Source: Candidatus Eiseniibacteriota bacterium
GTDB lineage: Bacteria; Eisenbacteria; RBG-16-71-46; CAZEPH01
Direction of reading: 5' to 3'
NCBI GenBank assembly: GCA_044229145.1
Contig: JBGATO010000085.1
Location: forward strand, 1-15,543
Length of the DNA: 15,543 bases
Positions within the stretch are counted from its first letter, which is position 1, and each line of letters starts with the position of its first letter. The notes under the pieces are model-generated. The model was not told the origin of the DNA and did not search any database. It worked only from the letters and a program-made list of their open reading frames with translations. Positions 7,584 through 15,543 of the stretch are shown piece after piece. A program made the translations under genes and the position numbers.

Positions 7584-7651
7584 GAGGAGAGAATTGCCGG
7601 GTGGCACACCTTTCCGCTCATCTCTGAGACCCGGCAGCACGATAAGACTTC

Positions 7652-7666
7652 CGGCAAGTCTTGCCG
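7652..7666. promoter_or_regulatory. Palindromic site CGGCAAG-T-CTTGCCG, candidate binding site of the flagellar sigma54 activator
   Basis: Perfect 7-bp inverted repeat about 50 nt upstream of the activator ATG. The same 15-bp motif recurs twice upstream of flgB. Confidence 0.6.
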
Positions 7667-7715
7667 ATCCTGTCACTGCATCGTGCCGTATGCCCGAACC
7701 TCGGTAGGGAGACCG

Positions 7716-9107
7716 ATGGCCACCATCTTGTGCCTCGACGAAGATCCGTCCGTGGCGGCGCTGCTCGAACACGCGCTGACCGACCTCGGCCACACGCCGA
7801 CCCTCGCCGGCTCGCTGGCGGAGGCGCTGCGGCTGGCGGGCGACACCAGCTTCGACTTGGCGATTGCCGACTATCGCGTCGGGGACGGCTCCGGTCTGGA
7901 TCTCCTGGACCGCCTGCGGGAGGCGGGGCAACAGATTCCGGTCATCATCATGACCGCCTACACCAGCGTCGAGCACGCGGTGGCGTCGATGCGCCGCGGC
8001 GCTATCGACTATCTGACGAAGCCGTTGCGCGCCGAGGCGCTGCGTCTGGCGGTCAACAACGCCGTCGAGGTCACCCGCCTGCGCCGCGAGAACGAGGACA
8101 TCCGCCAGGAGATCAGCTCGCTGCGCGGCCCCCGCACCGTGGTCGGGCGCGGCGCGGCGATCACCCGCGTCCTCGAGACCATCGCCACCGTCGCTCCGAC
8201 CCGCGCCACCGTCCTCCTGGAGGGCGAATCGGGTACCGGCAAGGAGCTGTTCGCCCGGGCGCTGCACGAGCAGAGCCCGCGGCGCGGCGAGCCGTTCGTC
8301 ACCGTCAACTGCGCCGCGCTGCCGGAAGGATTGGTCGAGAGCACGCTGTTCGGCCACGAACGCGGCGCGTTCACCGGCGCGGCGTCGCGGCAGCAGGGCG
8401 CCTTCGAGCGCGCTCACCGCGGCACGCTCCTACTCGACGAAATCTCCGAGATGCGGCTCGACCTGCAAGCCAAGCTGTTGCGGGCCATCCAGGAGCAGGA
8501 GTTCGAGCGGGTCGGCGGGCATCAGGCGGTGCAGGTCGACGTGCGCATCGTCGCCACCACCAACCGGGACCTCAAAGCCGAGGTCGACCACGGGCGTTTC
8601 CGCCGCGACCTTTACTACCGCCTCAACGTCGTCCCGGTGCGCACACCGCCGCTGCGCGAGCACCGGGAGGACATTGCCGAACTCGCCGAGCACTTCGTCC
8701 GCTTGAGCGCCCGCGAACTCGGGTGCACTCCGCCGGACCTCGGCGCCGACGCCGTGGCCTACCTCGAAGGCCGCACCTGGCCGGGCAACGTCCGCGAATT
8801 GGCGAACGCCGTCCAACGCGCCGTCATCCTCTGCCGTGACGGGGTGCTGACGCCGGCGTCGTTCGGCGCCGACACGGCGGCCGGGCGGGCGCCGCAGTTC
8901 GGCACCGTCGAGGGCACCGCGGGCGGCGAGGCGACGCTGCCGTCGCTCAACCTGCGCGAACTCGAGCGCGTCGCCATCGACCGCGCGCTCGCCGCCACCG
9001 GCGGGCACCGGGTGCGTGCCGCCACCCTGCTCGGCATCAGCGAACGGACCCTGCGCAACAAGCTCAACGGTCCGCAGGAGCACGAGACGCTGAGCCGCGT
9101 CGGGTAG
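7716..9107 (+). CDS. Sigma54-dependent response regulator (REC-AAA+-HTH), FleR/FlrC/FlbD-like flagellar activator (463 aa)
   Basis: Start reassigned to ATG 7716 after a GGGAGA RBS. REC with intact Asp, Thr and Lys. Walker A GESGTGKE, intact GAFTGA, Walker B LLLDEI, FRRDLYYRLNV, WPGNVREL and Fis-type HTH (AATLLGISERTLRNKL). The flagellar role is inferred from position. Confidence 0.95.
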   Translation: MATILCLDEDPSVAALLEHALTDLGHTPTLAGSLAEALRLAGDTSFDLAIADYRVGDGSGLDLLDRLREAGQQIPVIIMTAYTSVEHAVASMRRGAIDYLTKPLRAEALRLAVNNAVEVTRLRRENEDIRQEISSLRGPRTVVGRGAAITRVLETIATVAPTRATVLLEGESGTGKELFARALHEQSPRRGEPFVTVNCAALPEGLVESTLFGHERGAFTGAASRQQGAFERAHRGTLLLDEISEMRLDLQAKLLRAIQEQEFERVGGHQAVQVDVRIVATTNRDLKAEVDHGRFRRDLYYRLNVVPVRTPPLREHREDIAELAEHFVRLSARELGCTPPDLGADAVAYLEGRTWPGNVRELANAVQRAVILCRDGVLTPASFGADTAAGRAPQFGTVEGTAGGEATLPSLNLRELERVAIDRALAATGGHRVRAATLLGISERTLRNKLNGPQEHETLSRVG

Positions 9108-9119
9108 GCGGTCCCGCGG

Positions 9120-9158
9120 CGGCAGAACTCGCCGCGCGGCCTCCGGCAACTTCTGCCG
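9120..9158 (+). promoter_or_regulatory. Tandem enhancer-like sites CGGCA-N5-YGCCG
   Basis: CGGCAGAACTCGCCG (9120-9134) and CGGCAACTTCTGCCG (9144-9158), 24 bp apart and about 110-150 bp upstream of a sigma54 promoter. Confidence 0.65.
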
Positions 9159-9225
9159 ATAACCGCAGACGAACCCACGATCCGCGGCCCGCGCCGACCC
9201 CGTCGCGCTTGGCTAACCATCTCGG

Positions 9226-9238
9226 AAACAGCAACTTA
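9226..9238 (+). promoter_or_regulatory. IHF-like binding site
   Basis: AAACAGCAACTTA versus WATCAANNNNTTR (two mismatches), in an AT-richer patch between the enhancer sites and the sigma54 promoter. Confidence 0.45.
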
Positions 9239-9266
9239 GGAAATGCCCCGCGGCTCTCCCGCGTTG

Positions 9267-9282
9267 CGGCATACCGATTGCC
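9267..9282 (+). promoter_or_regulatory. Sigma54 -24/-12 promoter of the flgB operon
   Basis: CGGCATACCGATTGCC: GG (9268-9269), exactly 10 nt, then GC (9280-9281) within TTGC. About 40 nt upstream of the flgB ATG. Confidence 0.8.
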
Positions 9283-9322
9283 CTCCGACCCTCGTGGATC
9301 GCTGTCTCTCAGGGAGGTGCCC

Positions 9323-9622
9323 ATGCTGAAAGGACTCTTCGGCTCCGGGTCGCTGACCGCGATGCTGCGCGGCGGGCTGGAGGAAACCAGCGCCACGCAC
9401 AAGGCCATCGCGCAGCGGGTCGCGCACGCGCTGGCCTCCAGCTCCACCACCGATTTCGCCTCCGACCTCGCCGCCCGCACCGCTGGCGCGGCGCAGCGCG
9501 AGGAGGATCTGCAGCGCGACATGGCGGCGCTCGCCGACACGCAACTGCGCTACGACGCGGACGCCCGGCTCTTGCACGACGCCTACTCGCAGTTCCGTGC
9601 GGCGATGAAGAGCAATGGCTAG
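9323..9622 (+). CDS. flgB: Divergent flagellar proximal rod protein FlgB (99 aa)
   Basis: ATG 9323 after a GGAGGT RBS. First gene before flgC and overlapping its start. Helical ends resemble FlgB (HKAIAQRVAH; DLQRDMAALADTQLRYDA). The usual NIAN/TPGY and DGN motifs are absent. Confidence 0.7.
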   Translation: MLKGLFGSGSLTAMLRGGLEETSATHKAIAQRVAHALASSSTTDFASDLAARTAGAAQREEDLQRDMAALADTQLRYDADARLLHDAYSQFRAAMKSNG

Positions 9623-10043
9623 TCCGTTCATCGGCTTCCCGCGTGCCACCCGGCCGCTACGTCAGTTCATGTCGTCGCTGGCGATCAGCGCCGAGGGCAT
9701 GTCGACGCAGCAGAAGTTCCTCGAGGTGATCTCGCGGAACATCGCCAATGCGGAGACCACGCGGACGCCGGACGGCACGCCGTACAAGCGCGAGGTCGCG
9801 GTGGCGCGCACCGACGCGCTCACCGGCAGCACCGATGCCACCGTCGTGCAGGACACGCGTCCCGGCCGCATGGTCTACGACCCCGGTCACCCGGACGCCA
9901 ACGCCGACGGCTTCGTCGAGTACCCGAACGTCGATGTCAGCACCGAGATGGTCGACCTCATGGTCGCCCGCCGGATGCACGAAGCGAACGCCACCGTCTT
10001 CCACGCGGCGAAGGAAATGCTTCGCCGCGCGCTGGACATCTAA
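9615..10043 (+). CDS. flgC: Flagellar basal-body rod protein FlgC
   Basis: ISAEGM, ISRNIANAETTRT..G.PYKR and YDPGHPDANADGFVEYPNVD..TEMVDL are hallmark FlgC motifs. Confidence 0.96.
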   Translation: MASPFIGFPRATRPLRQFMSSLAISAEGMSTQQKFLEVISRNIANAETTRTPDGTPYKREVAVARTDALTGSTDATVVQDTRPGRMVYDPGHPDANADGFVEYPNVDVSTEMVDLMVARRMHEANATVFHAAKEMLRRALDI

Positions 10044-10079
10044 CGCCGGTTCACGCCGGCGCGCACAAGGAGACAGCCG

Positions 10080-10373
10080 ATGTCGACCCCGATCGGAGGA
10101 GCCGGTCCCAGCGCGATGGCGCAGCACCTCGCGGCGCTGCAAGCCGCGGCGGCCGCCAAGGCGCCCGTGGCGGCCAAGCCGGCGAGTGCACCGGTGAGCG
10201 CGGCGGCGCCGAGCGGCGAGGTGTCGCTGTGGGACGTGCTGACGCCGGAGGAGAAGTCGTTCTTCGCGCAGCAGGTCACGATGGGCCCGCTCACCTACGG
10301 CCCGCGTTCGTCCACCACCGCGCCGTTGTCGCCGGCCCTGCCGCGCGGCCAGCGCATCGACGTCAGGGGCTAG
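10080..10373 (+). CDS. Small hypothetical protein within the flagellar operon (97 aa)
   Basis: AAGGAG RBS, fits exactly between flgC and fliE, and has GC-rich third positions like its neighbours. Ala/Pro-rich linker, LWDVLTPEEKSFF and GPLTYG motifs, C-terminal RGQRIDVRG. Confidence 0.8.
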   Translation: MSTPIGGAGPSAMAQHLAALQAAAAAKAPVAAKPASAPVSAAAPSGEVSLWDVLTPEEKSFFAQQVTMGPLTYGPRSSTTAPLSPALPRGQRIDVRG

Positions 10374-10378
10374 CGAAC

Positions 10379-10687
10379 ATGGCGCTCTCGATTCGACCCG
10401 ACTCGCTCGCGCTGCGCACGCTGCAGGTCGCCGAGCGTCCGTCGCTCGGCGGTGGCACCGACGCCGCCGACGGCTCGTTCGCCGATCTGCTCAAGAAAGC
10501 GGTGGGCGATGCCTCGGACATGCAGACAGATGCGCAGTCGATGATCGGCGCGTTCCTGCGCGGCGAGCCCGTCGAACTGCATCAGGTGATGGCGGCCAGT
10601 CAGGAAGCGCAGATCTCGCTCGAACTGCTGGTCGAGATTCGCAACAAGCTCACCGATGCCTACCGCACGGTGATGAACCTCCAGTAA
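10379..10687 (+). CDS. fliE: Flagellar hook-basal body complex protein FliE (102 aa)
   Basis: Start reassigned to ATG 10379. SFADLLKKAV...LHQVMAASQEAQISLELLVEIRNKLTDAYRTVMNLQ is the FliE signature. Confidence 0.95.
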   Translation: MALSIRPDSLALRTLQVAERPSLGGGTDAADGSFADLLKKAVGDASDMQTDAQSMIGAFLRGEPVELHQVMAASQEAQISLELLVEIRNKLTDAYRTVMNLQ

Positions 10688-10706
10688 CCCACGCGGATAC
10701 CCACGA

Positions 10707-12281
10707 ATGCTCGACGCCCTGATGCGGATGCTGCAAGGAGGAGACGGCGCGCGCTCGACCAGCCGGATGGCGATGCTCGCCGTCGCGGTCGTCGTGTTCG
10801 CGGCCGTGGTGTGGGGGATCACACACTGGGCCACCACGCCGACCTACGTGCCGCTCTACCAGAACCTCGATCTCCACACCGCCGGCCAGATGGCGGACAA
10901 CTTGAAGAAGGCGGGCATCCAGTACCAGCTCGCCGATGGCGGTACCGCACTGCAGGTGCCGGTCGAGGATCTCGCGCGTGCGCGCGTCGCCCTGGCGAAG
11001 GACGGCTTGCCGCTCAACGGCCGCCCCGGCCTCGAGCTGTTCGACAAGCCCTCGTGGGGGATGACCGACTTCACGCAGCGGGTCACCTACCAGCGCGCGC
11101 TCGAAGGCGAGCTGCAGCGCACCATCTCCAACATGCAGGGCATCGCGCGCGCCGAAGTGCACTTGGTGCTGCCGACCGAATCGCCGCTGCGCCGTCTCGA
11201 GACACAGGCCAGCGCCAGCGTCGTGCTCACCCTGCAGAAGGGCGCCGAGCTGCCGTCCGACGCCGTCGAAGGCATCACCGCGCTGGTCAGCAACAGCATC
11301 GAGCAGCTGCCGCCCGATCACGTCGCGGTGATGGACGACAGCGGGCGTCTGTTGTCGTCGCTTGCCGGCGGCTCCACCGAGGGCCTCTCCACGCGGCAGA
11401 TCGAACTGCAGCGCAGCGTCGAACACGACCTCGCGCAGAAGATCGAAGACATGCTGGCCACCGCGATCGGCCCGGGCCACGCGCGCGCGCAGGTCGCCGC
11501 GCAACTCAGCTTCGACCAGGTCGAGAAGTCCACCGAGACGTACGACCCCAACGGGCAAGTGCTGCAGGTCGAACAGAAGGCCACCGGCGAACCGATCCCG
11601 CAGGGCGATTCGCTCGCCGCGCTGCAGACGGTGGTGGCGAACACCTATCAGAATTCGCACAGCGTCGAGAAGAGCACGACGGCGACCGGCCAGATCAGCA
11701 AACTCACGGTCGCGGTCCTGCTCGACCAGAAGGCGCTCAAGGCCGGCGGGCCGGCGATCGCCGATGCGCAGACGGCGGAGTTGCAGCAGCTGGTGGCCAA
11801 CGCGGTCGGTCTCGATTCGACGCGCGGTGACCGCGTGAGCATGCTCGCGGTGGCGTTCGACACCACCAAGGTGGCGAGCGTGGCGCCGAAGAAGGCTGCG
11901 ATCGATCTCGTCGACGCGGGTACGCGGTTCAGCCGTCCGCTGGTGTCGATCGTCGCGATCTTGGTGGCCGCGTTCGTCGCGCTCAAGGTGCTGCGGCCGG
12001 CTCCGAGCAGCGCGCCGGCGGCCGGCGGCGTGCCGGTGCTCTCGGTCATCGAAGGCGGGGCAGCCGACGATGCGGCCGCCGGCAGCGCACCGTCGATCGC
12101 CAACGCGGCGTTGCAGGCGCAGAGCGCCGCGGCGCTCGCGGCGCTCACCGGGAGCGGCGAAGTGCCGCAGCAGGTCTTCGCTGGGACGGGCAAGCCGATC
12201 GCCGAGATTCACGGGCTGCAACAGCAGCCGCAGGTTACCGCGCAAGTACTGCGCGCCTGGCTGGCCGAAGGGAGTAACTAA
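10707..12281 (+). CDS. fliF: Flagellar MS-ring protein FliF (524 aa)
   Basis: Two hydrophobic segments; YVPLYQNL, GLELFDK..WGMTDF.Q.V.YQRALEGELQRTI, ASASVVL, ISKLTVAVLLD, AVGLD..RGD.V and C-terminal AQVLRAWL. Confidence 0.96.
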   Translation: MLDALMRMLQGGDGARSTSRMAMLAVAVVVFAAVVWGITHWATTPTYVPLYQNLDLHTAGQMADNLKKAGIQYQLADGGTALQVPVEDLARARVALAKDGLPLNGRPGLELFDKPSWGMTDFTQRVTYQRALEGELQRTISNMQGIARAEVHLVLPTESPLRRLETQASASVVLTLQKGAELPSDAVEGITALVSNSIEQLPPDHVAVMDDSGRLLSSLAGGSTEGLSTRQIELQRSVEHDLAQKIEDMLATAIGPGHARAQVAAQLSFDQVEKSTETYDPNGQVLQVEQKATGEPIPQGDSLAALQTVVANTYQNSHSVEKSTTATGQISKLTVAVLLDQKALKAGGPAIADAQTAELQQLVANAVGLDSTRGDRVSMLAVAFDTTKVASVAPKKAAIDLVDAGTRFSRPLVSIVAILVAAFVALKVLRPAPSSAPAAGGVPVLSVIEGGAADDAAAGSAPSIANAALQAQSAAALAALTGSGEVPQQVFAGTGKPIAEIHGLQQQPQVTAQVLRAWLAEGSN

Positions 12282-12283
12282 GC

Positions 12284-13322
12284 GTGGCGGTTGCCATCTC
12301 GGGACGCCTCAAGTCCGCCGACAATCTCTCCGGCGCGCAGAAGTGCGCGGTCCTGTGCCTCGCGCTCGGTCCGGCCGACGCCGCCTTCATCCTGCGCCAG
12401 CTTGGCACCGAGCAGGTCGAGGCGGTGGCGCGCGAGATCGCCAATCTCGACCGCGTCGACCGTACCGTCGTCGACTCGGTCATCAACGAGTTCACCACCG
12501 TGTCGAAGGCGGTCGAGAAGGTCGCCTCGGGCGGCGTCGAGCTCGCGCGCAAGTTGCTCGAGGAGGCGGTGGGACCGGACAAGGCGCGTCAGATTCTTTC
12601 GCGCATTCAAGAAACCACGATCGACACTGGACTCAAGCGCCTGAAAAAGGCAGCGCCGGACGTGCTCGCGGGGCTGCTACGCGGCGAGCATCCGCAGACA
12701 CTGGCGCTCATTCTCGCACACCTCGAACCACGGCAGGCGGCCGGCGTCGTCGAGGCGATGGAGCCGGCGCAGGCGTCCGACGTGCTCCACCGCGTCGCCC
12801 GCATGTCGAAGATCTCGCAGGAAATGCTCTCCATGGTGGAGTTCGGGTTGTCGTCGAAGACCGACCTCATGCTGAGTGAAGAGATGACGGTCTCAGGCGG
12901 GCCGGCGTCCGTGGCCAAGGTGCTCAACCTCACCGGCGGCACTTTGATGAAGCAATTGCTCGAGAACATCTCGTCGAAGAACCAGGACATCGCGAAGGAA
13001 ATCGAGTCGATGATGTTCGTCTTCGAAGACCTCATCACGATCGACCCGAAGAGCATGCAGCGCATCCTGCGCGAGGTGGACAACCGCGAACTGGCGCTGG
13101 CGCTCAAGGCGGCGAGCCCGGAACTCAAACAGCACATCAAGGGCAACATGAGCGAGCGTGCCGCCAGGCGCTCGAGAAGAAGATCGAGATGATGGGGCCG
13201 GTGCGCGTCAAGGACGTCGAAGCGGCGCACTCGCGAATCATCGACATTCTGCGCAACCTGCGGAAGGCGGCGAGATCGTCGTCGCGACCGGCGGCGGCGC
13301 GGGCGACGAGTTCATGGGCGGA
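12284..13322 (+). CDS. fliG: Flagellar motor switch protein FliG; 3' end frameshifted, end coordinate approximate
   Basis: QKCAVLCLALG, EHPQ, MFVFEDL and NMSERAA in 12284-13165. The protein continues as IEMMGPVRVKDVEAAHSRII after a frame switch near 13166 and as EGGEIVV after another near 13261. No clean stop codon. Confidence 0.9.
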
Positions 13323-13336
13323 GGAAGGCGCACGTC

Positions 13337-13983
13337 ATGGGCCAGCCGCCACGATGCCGACGACCCGGCCGCCCCGCGACCCGTACGCGCCGCTCAGCTG
13401 CCGCGCCTGCACGTGGTCGGCGGTCGCGCGGTGCTGCCAGCGACTCGCGCGGTCACGCGCGCCGCACCGGTGATGGCGATCCGCGCGTTGGCATCGCGGG
13501 AAGAACTCGAGAACACTATCGCCGCGGCTACGCGAAGGGTTCGTCACCGGCAATGCGTCGGCGAGCCAGCAATCGTCGAGCGCGATCGATGCGTTGCGCC
13601 GCGCGGTCGAGTTGTTCAACAGCTCACCAAGAGCAACTGCTGCGCGAGCACGAGCGCGATCTGCACGCGCTGGCGGTTGCGGTGGCCGAGAAGATCCTGC
13701 AGCGCGAGGTCACGACGGATCCGTCCATCGTGCTCGATCTCGTGCGCAAGGCGCTCGAACTGCTGCCCGCCGACACGACGCTCGAAATTCACCAGACCGC
13801 CGACATGCAAGCGCTGCAGAAGAGCACATCCGCACGCTCGCGGCGTCGCGCAGCATGCGCTCGACTGGAGCGCCGACCCGACACTCCGGGCAACTTCGTC
13901 ATGGAGAACCGCAGCGCCTGATCGACGGCCGTGCCGATATCGCCCTGCGCGAACTCTACGAACGGATGGACCGCTATGCCTGG
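13337..13983 (+). pseudogene. fliH: Flagellar export apparatus protein FliH, multiply frameshifted (probably sequence errors); coordinates approximate
   Basis: FliH-like pieces in all three frames: YRRGYAKG, DLHALAVAVAEKILQREV, LVRKALELL...LEIH, LDWSADPTL, GNFVME, LIDGRADIAL. Located between fliG and fliI. Confidence 0.8.
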
Positions 13984-14010
13984 CGCGAGCAGCGCAAGTC
14001 TCGCGGGGCG

Positions 14011-15396
14011 ATGCCTGCGCTGGCACTGCCGGTGGATGCCTCGCGCGTCGAGTCGATGCATCGCCTGAGCATGGATCACGCGCGCGGCGCGGTGGCCGGC
14101 ATGCCGCGTTTCACCGTCTGCGGCCGTGTGCAGCGCGTGATCGGCGGCATGCTGGAGTCGTCGTCGTTGCCGGTGGCGGTGGGCGAGATCTGCCGCATCG
14201 CGCCGGACGAGAACCGCGGCATCCTGGCGCACGTCGCCGGCTTCCATCAGGGCGGCATGATCTTGATGCCGCTCGGCGAGACCGACGGCATCCGGCCTGG
14301 CGCGCTGGTGATTCCGTTCGGCCGGCCGTTCTACACCGAAGTCGGCGACGGCTTGATCGGCCGCGTGCTCGACGGACTCGGGCGGCCGATGGACGACATG
14401 GGACCGGTCGGCCCGACCTCCAAGCAAGCGCTGCACGCCGATCCGCCGAATCCGATGGAGCGCCCGCGCATCGCGGTGCCGTTCGCCACCGGCGTCCGCG
14501 CGATCGACGGCTTGCTGACGCTCGGCCTCGGACAGCGCATCGGCATCATGGCCGGCAGCGGCGTCGGCAAGAGCGTGCTCCTCGGGATGATCGCCAAGCG
14601 CTCGAGCGCCGACGTCAACGTCATCGCCCTGCTTGGCGAACGTGGGCGCGAAGTGCGCGACTTCATTGAGCGCGATCTCGGCGAGGAAGGCTTGAAGCGC
14701 AGCGTCGTCGTGGTGGCCACCAGCGATCAATCGCCGGTAGTGCGCTCGACCGGCGCCTTGGTGGCGACCTCGATCGCCGAACACTTCCGCGACACCGGAC
14801 GCAACGTGCTGCTGATGATGGACTCGGTGACGCGCGTCGCGATGGCGTGGCGCGAGATCGGGCTCGCGGTGGGCGAGCCGCCGACCACCAAGGGTTACAC
14901 GACGTCGGTGTTCACCCACTTGCCGAAGCTGCTCGAGCGCGCCGGCACCTCGACGCGCGGCAGCATCACCGGCCTCTACACCGTGCTGGTCGAAGGCGAC
15001 GACTTCCACGATCCGATCGCGGATGCCACGCGCTCGATCTTGGACGGCCACATCGTCCTCTCCCGTCAATTGGCGAACGCGAAACACTTCCCGGCCATCG
15101 ACGTGCTCGCCTCAGTGAGCCGCGTTCGGGATGACATCGTGCCTGACGACCACAAAGCTGCAGCGCAGATGCTATTGCGGCTCGAGGCGACCCAGCGATC
15201 ATTCGAGGATTTGATTGCTGTCGGCGCGTACAAACCGGGTAGCGACACGACGGTCGACTGCGGCCTCGCGCTCAAGCGCGAAATCGTGCAGTTCCTCCGC
15301 CAGCGCGCCGATGAGGCGTCGAGCTACGAGGACACGTTGCGCACGCTCGCGCGGTTGTCGGCCGAGGCGACCAAGCGCCTCGGAGAGGGGATCTAG
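14011..15396 (+). CDS. fliI: Flagellar type III export ATPase FliI (start codon uncertain)
   Basis: LIGRVLDGLG.P.D, TGVRAIDGLL..G.GQRIGI, Walker A GSGVGKS, GERGREV, LLMMDSVTR, GEPP..KGY, DGHIVLSR and FPAID.L.S.SR. Flagellar context. Confidence 0.95.
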   Translation: MPALALPVDASRVESMHRLSMDHARGAVAGMPRFTVCGRVQRVIGGMLESSSLPVAVGEICRIAPDENRGILAHVAGFHQGGMILMPLGETDGIRPGALVIPFGRPFYTEVGDGLIGRVLDGLGRPMDDMGPVGPTSKQALHADPPNPMERPRIAVPFATGVRAIDGLLTLGLGQRIGIMAGSGVGKSVLLGMIAKRSSADVNVIALLGERGREVRDFIERDLGEEGLKRSVVVVATSDQSPVVRSTGALVATSIAEHFRDTGRNVLLMMDSVTRVAMAWREIGLAVGEPPTTKGYTTSVFTHLPKLLERAGTSTRGSITGLYTVLVEGDDFHDPIADATRSILDGHIVLSRQLANAKHFPAIDVLASVSRVRDDIVPDDHKAAAQMLLRLEATQRSFEDLIAVGAYKPGSDTTVDCGLALKREIVQFLRQRADEASSYEDTLRTLARLSAEATKRLGEGI

Positions 15397-15399
15397 CGT

Positions 15400-15543
15400 A
15401 TGCGCTTCCACTTCCGTCTGCAGCGCGTCCTCGGCGTGCGCGAGAGCTTTGAGAAGCTGCGCGCCGCCGAACTCGCACACGCCGCCGCGGCCGAACGCGA
15501 CGCCACCGCGGCCCGCGATGCCGCGGAGGCGCGGCTGGAGGCG
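15400..15543 (+). CDS. fliJ: Flagellar export protein FliJ, N-terminal part (runs off the window)
   Basis: ATG 3 nt after the fliI stop. MRFHFRLQRVLGVRE matches the FliJ F.F.LQ.VL..RE N-terminus. Not in the supplied ORF track. Confidence 0.85.
   Translation, partial: MRFHFRLQRVLGVRESFEKLRAAELAHAAAAERDATAARDAAEARLEA

Noticed and set aside
7482..7715. 78-codon N-terminal extension of the activator
   Set aside because: It overlaps the flgL start and promoter elements; the RBS and receiver homology begin at 7716.
6654..8417. 587-aa minus-strand ORF spanning flgL and the activator
   Set aside because: A shadow frame typical of high-GC DNA: antisense to the activator, out of frame with flgL, crossing a promoter region and without domain motifs.
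9155..9162. Perfect sigma28 -10 octamer GCCGATAA upstream of flgB
   Set aside because: The -35 position reads GCGG, the GCCG is explained by the enhancer half site, and a canonical sigma54 promoter lies downstream.
10650..12245. 531-aa antisense ORF over fliF, and similar antisense ORFs at 520-1455, 4017-5072 and 13789-15087
   Set aside because: They mirror well-supported genes on the opposite strand and are expected from GC3 bias.
13158..14669. 503-aa ORF across fliG, fliH and fliI
   Set aside because: A by-product of the frameshifts: it contains only short genuine FliG and FliH pieces and is otherwise out of frame.
14011..15396. Alternative reading as an injectisome SctN or F1 ATPase subunit
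   Set aside because: The flanking flgC, fliE, fliF, fliG, fliH, fliJ and flgL genes make the flagellar assignment clear.

Overview
GC-rich bacterial DNA containing two divergent units. On the + strand (7716 to the window end) lies the start of a flagellar basal-body/export cluster: an NtrC-family sigma54 activator, a divergent flgB, flgC, a small unknown gene, fliE, fliF, fliG, fliH, fliI and the start of fliJ. flgB is preceded by a well-formed enhancer / IHF-like / sigma54 promoter. The end of fliG and all of fliH carry many frameshifts, most likely sequencing errors. On the - strand (7525 to 139), a stand-alone flgL with no flgK upstream sits behind a sigma28-like promoter. It is followed 19 nt later by a tightly packed signalling cassette: a soluble PAS-PAS histidine kinase (broken by an apparent deletion plus frameshift) and four response regulators, three REC-HDOD paralogues and one REC plus degenerate HD-GYP-like protein. 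The receiver domains lose phosphorylation residues step by step along the operon. This flgL-linked kinase/HDOD array is the best candidate for an undescribed system. Gene order and the flgB and small-gene sequences recall Gemmatimonadota flagellar clusters (inference from memory, not verified).
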